A program made the translations under genes and the position numbers. Below the pieces are notes generated by a model. It was given only the letters and a program-made list of their open reading frames with translations, was not told where the DNA came from and did not search any database. Of a stretch of 64,000 nucleotides of DNA, positions 60,644-64,000 are shown one piece after another (the stretch's first letter is position 1; the number at the start of each line of letters is the position of its first letter). This stretch comes from an uncultured Chloroflexia bacterium. GTDB taxonomy: Bacteria > Chloroflexota > Limnocylindria > Limnocylindrales > CSP1-4. Location: positions 928,001-992,000 of the forward strand of contig CAWFXA010000003.1 of NCBI GenBank assembly GCA_963819655.1, in the 5' to 3' direction.

Positions 60644-62303
60644 TCACACATCGGGGTTTCCTCGGCGCACGACACGTCCGGTCCGGGCCGCCTCATCCAC
60701 GACGCCATCGCGAACGATCGGCGTGCCGTTGACCAGGACGTGTTCGATGCCGACCGGCGCGGCGGTCGGCGCGCGATAGGTCGTGCGGTCGGCGACGGTC
60801 GCGGCGTCGAAGACGACGACGTCGGCGTAGTTGCCCTCGCGCAGCGTGCCGCGCTTCCTGAGCCCGACCCGCTGGGCGGGTAATGACGTGGACTTGCGGA
60901 TGGCCTCCTCGACACTGAACAGGCCGCGGTCGCGGGCGAAATGCCCGAGGACGCGGGGGAAGGTGCCGTAGGCCGCCGGGTGCGGCTTGCCACGGCCGGT
61001 CAGGATCGCGTCGCTCTCGGCCGCCGCGAGCGGATGCGCGAGCAATTTCTCCAGCCCAGCCTCCTCCTCCGGTTCGCCGGACACACCGAAGTACAGGGCC
61101 ATCGCGTGCCCGCTCTCCTCGAGCACGAGGTCGGCGGCCACGTCGAACGGATGGCGATCGCGCTCTTCGGCGATCTCCGTCAGACGAGCGGCCTTCGAGC
61201 GGTTTGTTCGCCTCGCTCTCGACCCACATGATCGAGACGTTCTGCCAGCCGGTCGCTTCGACCAGGTTGTGTGGCCAGCCGCCCGGCGTCCAGCACGGCC
61301 AGCCGGGCACGTCCTCCTCGATCGAGCGGCGGATGCGGGCACGGGCGTCCGGATCGCGCAGCCGGCCGAGGAGACCGTCGACGCCGCCGGCCAGCGCCCA
61401 CGGCGGGAAGATGGCCAGGAGCGTCGTGTTCGCCGCGATATACGGGATCACGTCGAAGCCCGTGTCGACGCCCCGCTCGCGGGCCGCTTCATGGAGCTCG
61501 ATGATCGCATCGAGCTTGGACCAGTTCGGACGACCGAACGCCTCCATGTGGGAGTGCTGGGTCGAGATCCCGTTGACCTCGCCGACCCGGATGACCTCCT
61601 TGGTGGCCGGCAGAAGCGTCTCGCTCGAGCCCCGGATGTGGCTCGCATACAGCCCGTCGAACGGACCCAGCTCCGACGCCAGGTCCTCGATCTCCTCGGG
61701 GGGCGCGAAGATCCCGGGTGCGTAGAGCAACCCGGAAGACAGGCCCCAGGCACCTTCCTCCATCGCTTTCCGGAGCTGGTCGCGCATCCGCGTCCGCTCG
61801 TCCGGCGTGAGCTCGCGGCCTTCGAACCCGACCTCGTGGATGCGCAGGGCGCCATGGGCGACCATCGGCACGACGTTGAACATCAGGCCATGGCCGTCCA
61901 GATAGTCCAGGTAGTCGCCAAAACCGGTCCAGGCGTCGGGCAGGTCGCCGGCGCGCAGGAACGTCGTGTAGCTCGCCAGCTCGGCCCGGGTGCGCGGGTT
62001 GACCGGCGCGGGCGAATACCCGCAGTTCCCGGTCACCAGCGTCGTGATGCCCTGGGCGGCGAACGGGGCCAGGACCTCCCCGTGCGACTCGTCGGCGACG
62101 ACGAAGTCGCTGTGCGAATGGATGTCGATGAAGCCGGGCGAGACGATCCGGCCGGCCGCATCGATCACCGTCGCTCCGGGCGCGTCGTCGGGGATCCGTC
62201 CGATCGCGGCGATCATGCCGTCACGGATCCCGATGTCGGCCGGGAACCACGGGTTACCCGTGCCGTCGACGACGCGCCCGTTCCTGATCAGGACATCGAA
62301 CAT
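60644..62303 (-). pseudogene. N-acyl-D-amino-acid deacylase (D-aminoacylase) with a +1 frameshift near 61184 (pseudogene or sequence error)
   Basis: N-part: PGFIDIHSHSD, GNCG, SHIR; C-part in another frame: HPAAYGTFPR, ADVVVFD; removing one base restores LEGRS-LTEIAEE. Confidence 0.85.
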
Positions 62304-62332
62304 GGCCTGCCCTGCGCTACGAACCCGCGGAC

Positions 62333-63787
62333 TCAGAAGCCGGGGTTTGCGGCCAGGTACGCGTCGATCTCGTCCTGGGCCTTCTTGTGCTCCGCGGCCG
62401 GATCGGCGCCGTGGAACGCAGCCGAGACCGCGGCCTCCACGACGTCCGAGATCTTCTGGTAGGCCGCGCGCGTGCCGTAGCGATTGTTCTTGAACTCCTG
62501 CTGCGCGAACGCGGTGTCGACTGCCGCCTGGTCAGCCGCGGGGACCGTCGAGTCGCTGTACGGAGCGATGTACGACGGGTAGCCGCTCTCGTCCGCGGGC
62601 TCGAAGGTGTGCAGCTCCTCACGGCGGGTGAGGAGGCCGAGCTGGGTCGCGGCGTTCGAGTAGTGCTTGATGAGGTCGAGCGCCGCTTCCTTGTACGGGC
62701 TCGTCTTCGGGATGCCGAAGCACTCCCCCACCACCTGGCCGCCCGAGGCGGGCAGGTCGCCGCCGTAGCCCGGGATGATCGCGACCTCGACCGGATCTTC
62801 GCCGAGCGCCGACAGGTTCGGGTCACGAGCCTCGTACCAGATGTGCTGGTAGTCGATCATCATCGCGGCCTTGCCGCCGAGGAAGACCTTCTTGGCCTCG
62901 ACGTCGTAGATCCCCCAGGGCGACTCGATGACCTCCTTCGGCATGTTCGGCAGCAGGTCGATCATGTCCTGCGTTGCCTTGATCGCCACGGGGTCGTTGA
63001 ACCGGACTTCGCCGTTGGGCCCGTACAGGTCACCGCCGTTGAGGTGGTACCAGACGCACCACTTCGGGAAGAGGTAGAGCGGCGCCCAGCCGTCGACGTA
63101 GCCGAACTGGTCGCCGGTCGTGAACTGCTTCGCGGCCGCGAGGAACTCGGCGTAGGTCTTCGGCACGGTGACGCCCGCGTCCGCGAACATCTTCTTGTTG
63201 GCGTAAAGGACGTACGTGTAGATGTTGCTCGGCAGGCCGTAGAACTTGCCGCTCGAACCCTTGGCAGCTTCGATGGCCGCCGGCAGCATGACGCTCTCGT
63301 CGACGGTGACCCCAAGCTCGTCGAATGGGGTCAGGTACTGCTCATAGAGGTCGACCCAGGCGCGCCACAGGTAGGCGACGTCCCAGCTCTCGCCGCCGCT
63401 CTCGAAGGCCGGCGTGAGCTTGAGCGGAAGCGGGCCGAAGGCCTCACGGGTGAACTCGACCTTCGCTCCTGTTCGCTGCTCCCACTCCGGGGTGACCATC
63501 GCGTAGAACCCGGTGTGGTTCGCGAGCAGGACCTTGAGCGGTCGCTCGAGGGTGAACGTCGCCGCCTCGCTGGGTGCGACGGATGGGCCGATGCTCGCAG
63601 CCGGAGCGCTGCTCGGCGCCGCCACCGACGGGGCAGCGGTCGGGGTGCACGCGGCAAGCGCGACGCTCGCGCCGGCCATGGTGGTGCCGGCGAGGAACCG
63701 CCGCCGCGTGAGCGGGCTGGCGAGAACCCCGTCCGGGTTCTCCAAGGGTCGCTGGGTCTGGTCCATGACATCCTCCTCCATAGACAT
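62333..63787 (-). CDS. Sugar-family ABC transporter substrate-binding lipoprotein (Tat signal)
   Basis: LTRRRFL twin-arginine signal, LAAC lipobox, FYGLP, FLGGKAAM. Confidence 0.9.
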   Translation of the reverse strand: MSMEEDVMDQTQRPLENPDGVLASPLTRRRFLAGTTMAGASVALAACTPTAAPSVAAPSSAPAASIGPSVAPSEAATFTLERPLKVLLANHTGFYAMVTPEWEQRTGAKVEFTREAFGPLPLKLTPAFESGGESWDVAYLWRAWVDLYEQYLTPFDELGVTVDESVMLPAAIEAAKGSSGKFYGLPSNIYTYVLYANKKMFADAGVTVPKTYAEFLAAAKQFTTGDQFGYVDGWAPLYLFPKWCVWYHLNGGDLYGPNGEVRFNDPVAIKATQDMIDLLPNMPKEVIESPWGIYDVEAKKVFLGGKAAMMIDYQHIWYEARDPNLSALGEDPVEVAIIPGYGGDLPASGGQVVGECFGIPKTSPYKEAALDLIKHYSNAATQLGLLTRREELHTFEPADESGYPSYIAPYSDSTVPAADQAAVDTAFAQQEFKNNRYGTRAAYQKISDVVEAAVSAAFHGADPAAEHKKAQDEIDAYLAANPGF

Positions 63788-63793
63788 GACGAC

Positions 63794-64000
63794 CTACTTC
63801 ACGGCGCCTTCGCCGAGACCTCGAATGAGATACCGCTGCATGAGCAGGGCCAAGGTGAGTACCGGGATCGACGCGATCAGGCCGGCCATCGAGAGCTGCG
63901 GTTCGATCCGGTTGATGGGGTCCATGAGGTTGACGATCGCCGGCGCGAGCATCGGTGTGCTGCCGACGTAGAGCACCTTCGACACGAGCAGGTCATTCCA
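63794..64000 (-). CDS. Carbohydrate ABC transporter permease, C-terminal part
   Basis: WNDLL...QRYLIRGLGEGAVK terminus; truncated by the window edge. Confidence 0.85.
   Translation of the reverse strand, partial: WNDLLVSKVLYVGSTPMLAPAIVNLMDPINRIEPQLSMAGLIASIPVLTLALLMQRYLIRGLGEGAVK

Overview
High-GC (about 70% by eye) bacterial chromosomal segment. Gene style suggests an uncultured Chloroflexota such as Limnocylindria/Ellin6529, but this is inference only. The window holds a propionyl-CoA carboxylase/methylmalonyl-CoA mutase/epimerase operon divergent from parAB, dnaG-rpoD, tRNA-Asn(GTT), a UvrD2-like helicase, an ECF sigma/anti-sigma pair, several F420-type oxidoreductases and many small accessory genes. 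At the right end is an ABC-transporter/amidohydrolase catabolic operon with a frameshifted D-aminoacylase. The strongest unexplained signals are: (1) a non-canonical 16-bp palindrome GTCTTTGCGCAAAGAC found four times within 4.6 kb around parAB, three of them inside coding sequence, next to a ParB with a divergent recognition helix and a pair of DnaA boxes, which makes a candidate new ParB-parS specificity; (2) three short-palindrome tandem arrays (about 62 or 122 bp period) between convergent genes, one directly behind an XRE-HTH/PD-(D/E)XK-like gene; (3) a structured ~165-nt 5' leader ahead of a BtrH-like gene with a basic N-terminal extension; (4) a barstar-like domain in frame with methylmalonyl-CoA epimerase. 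At least two single-base insertions suggest possible assembly indel errors, which limits confidence in fusion and start-codon oddities. All family calls are by motif recognition, without database searches.
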